Positions 61,864 through 64,000 of a DNA stretch of 64,000 bases are shown here, one piece after another. Positions within the stretch are counted from its first letter, which is position 1. Each line of letters starts with the position of its first letter. The position numbers and the translations under genes are program-made. The notes under the pieces were generated by a model that saw nothing but the letters and a program-made list of their open reading frames with translations, was not told where the DNA came from and searched no databases. The DNA comes from Squalus acanthias (Eukaryota). The stretch spans positions 172,672,001 through 172,736,000 of the forward strand of contig CM059425.1 of assembly GCA_030390025.1 (NCBI GenBank), written 5' to 3'.

Positions 61864-62997
61864 TGAAGAGATAATTACTAGTCCTAGCCCGTTTAGGGCT
61901 ACCCCGGATCAGGCGTATTCCTCAGACGTTCACTTTCAACTAAAGTTTGAGGTAGCCAAATCCTAAAGACGCTTAATTGGGTCTAAAGGCCTGGACCATC
62001 TCTCCCTAAAGGAAAGGAACAACCTGAAAATGTTACCGTCCTCCAGATAGCACTTTTAATAAGTTTAGCTAGACTGTAACGTTCCGGGTATTATGAGGGT
62101 CCGGAAAACTCCCCCAGAATTCTGCAACTCCTCACGAAAGAGTGTACAGAGATTGAGTTTGCGAGTTTTTGATACAGAAGTCTTATGTGAGACAATTCTA
62201 AAAATATATAGATTTATTAAAGAACTGACATGTAATTTACAGTTGGTGAGTCAATCGCAACATTAACAGTTCCAAAAAGAGAAAGCTTACAATCCTATTA
62301 TCAGAGAACCTTAACTTCGCTACAGTTTTACAGTTCTTACAGTTCCATTCAGGATATCCACCAAAATCAAATACCTTTGATCCCCGAGGTACAAAGAGTT
62401 GGAGACTTACAGAGCCGCCTCTGAAGCCGAGAATCGCTTTGCCCCTTTAAAGCGAGTCCGTTATCCCATTTGAGAGTTCAATATTTATACCCTTTTCCAG
62501 TGGTATTTCCTTTAAGGTTTTCTGCTGATGTAAGCTAATTATCTCTAGTCATTTTTCTGCTGACCCCTGCAATTCTTACAGTCACCTCAGCTGGTAGCAT
62601 TACAGAATTATGTCTCTTCTCCAGGTGTTCTAAGTTTACCATAAAAAACGGTGTTACGGCAGGTGTGTTTTTTACTTGATGTCATTTTTACGAAGGCAGA
62701 TGTTTCTTACTTTTATGTGCTTCTTTACGAAGTGTAAATGAGAACACCTTATCCAGGGTGAACCATTGTTTAATTCCGAAAGGTTCAGCCTGCCGGAGCC
62801 TTTAACCTTCTGTTTCAATAAGGTTATTGATTCAGTGTCAACAACTATCTTATCTCAATAGCCAGAATGCTTTCACAGCTTTTTCATAATTAGGTTTCTA
62901 GATTTCCAAACCCAGTTTGTCATGTTTTAACAAGACCAGAATTCTTTCAAAAGATAGTGTATTTTTCTGAATAGGTTATATGGCTTATTCCTTCACA
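61864..62997 (-). mobile_element. Probable solo LTR, 1134 bp
   Basis: TG...CA ends with 4-bp TSD GTTA (61860-61863, 62998-63001). On the minus strand a TATA box GGGTATAAATA (~62481-62491) precedes AATAAA (62213-62218). Confidence 0.5.
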
Positions 62998-63713
62998 GTT
63001 ATGTGTCATGGGAGGTGCTATGCAGAGGCCAAGCACTTCCCCACATGAAGGCGAATTACACCAGGCTGCTTTTGTCTGATTCAGAGCAGCATCAGCAGAT
63101 TTCCCAGAAGCAGGTTTCCTACTCATGCTTTTGCAGGTGGTGTGTGACAGAAAAACGATGGAAGGTAGTGACACTAGAGAAGGGAAAAAGATAAAGCCTA
63201 AATTTCCTTCTGTGGAAAGAAAACTTCTGGGGGAGGGGAAAGACATAAAGAGGCATCCTCTCATAAGATTTAGGAAAATGGATAATTTTCAGAATAAAAA
63301 TGAGAGCTGTATTATTTTTAAACTTGATAGGCCATAGAAATTTAATACCTGACCTAACCGCTTATCCCATTATAATTTAGGCTTGGTTGTCTGTTTAAGA
63401 AATGTTTCAGTTCACATTAAGTGATACGTCACTTTAGGGGGGACAGTTCACTGACCCTTACTATAAGGTAGGTTTCGACATGTTTTTTAATTGTATTTAT
63501 TCCCAGATCTAAGTGTGCCTTTACAGACTTTGAAATACAAACACAATTAGTTGCTTTGCATAGCTGGGCTTGAAAAAAAATAGCTTTCTGTGGAATTTGT
63601 TTCTGACCGTGTTGAAATATATTTTTGTCCTTCTGTATGAAAACCATCTTTTCCCCCTCCCTTGGACTGCCTGTTTAATAATTTATATAATGTATTTTTG
63701 TTTACTGTAACAG

Positions 63714-63887
63714 GAGTAAAACCTAGGTCAGGATGGGCTATTGATCCATTTGGGCACACATCTACTATGGCATATCTGTTAAAACAGACTGGTATTTCAA
63801 ATATGCTAATTCAAAGAGTCCACTATTCTGTGAAGAAACACTTTGCTACTCAAAGGAGCTTCGAATTCTTTTGGCGGCAGAATTGGG
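63714..63887 (+). CDS. MAN2A1: MAN2A1 exon 6 equivalent, 174 nt (catalytic nucleophile Asp in WAIDPFGH)
   Basis: Acceptor tttactgtaacAG; donor TGGG|GTATGT at 63888. Translates (G)[57 protein letters not shown]. Confidence 0.96.
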
Positions 63888-64000
63888 GTATGTGAAATTA
63901 GTATAATGTATCTAATGGCACAGTAACTGGTTGTAAAACACTGAGGCTACAGTTCTTAAATTTCTAATAGCTACTGGTATCATTGCAAATTTAAACACCA

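Overview
Eukaryotic, AT-rich, repeat-saturated vertebrate DNA, most likely from a cartilaginous fish (HE1/V-SINE, Deu-domain SINE and HER1-type CR1 LINEs are characteristic of elasmobranchs; this is an inference). The only host gene is Golgi alpha-mannosidase II (MAN2A1) on the + strand. Five GT-AG exons (261, 145, 172, 128 and 174 nt, equivalent to exons 2-6) splice into one open frame containing the Zn-binding HSHNDPG motif and the catalytic WAIDPFGH motif. Exon 1 lies upstream of the window and the later exons downstream. The introns are a dense, nested mobile-element record: CR1, L2 and RTE LINEs, Penelope-like elements, a Gypsy remnant, a probable solo LTR, three SINE families, hAT, pogo/Tigger and PIF/Harbinger elements. 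Most noteworthy: (i) minimal hammerhead-ribozyme motifs in Penelope-derived units, including ~200-230 bp fold-back insertions with 14-bp TSDs; (ii) an RTE insertion flanked by a ~240-bp target duplication; (iii) a full-length hAT transposon one nonsense codon away from an intact 603-aa transposase; (iv) a Harbinger Myb/SANT-bearing derivative with several 3-bp-TSD MITEs carrying palindromes and antisense splice-donor motifs. Family names come from motif recognition, not database searches, and the boundaries of decayed repeats are approximate.
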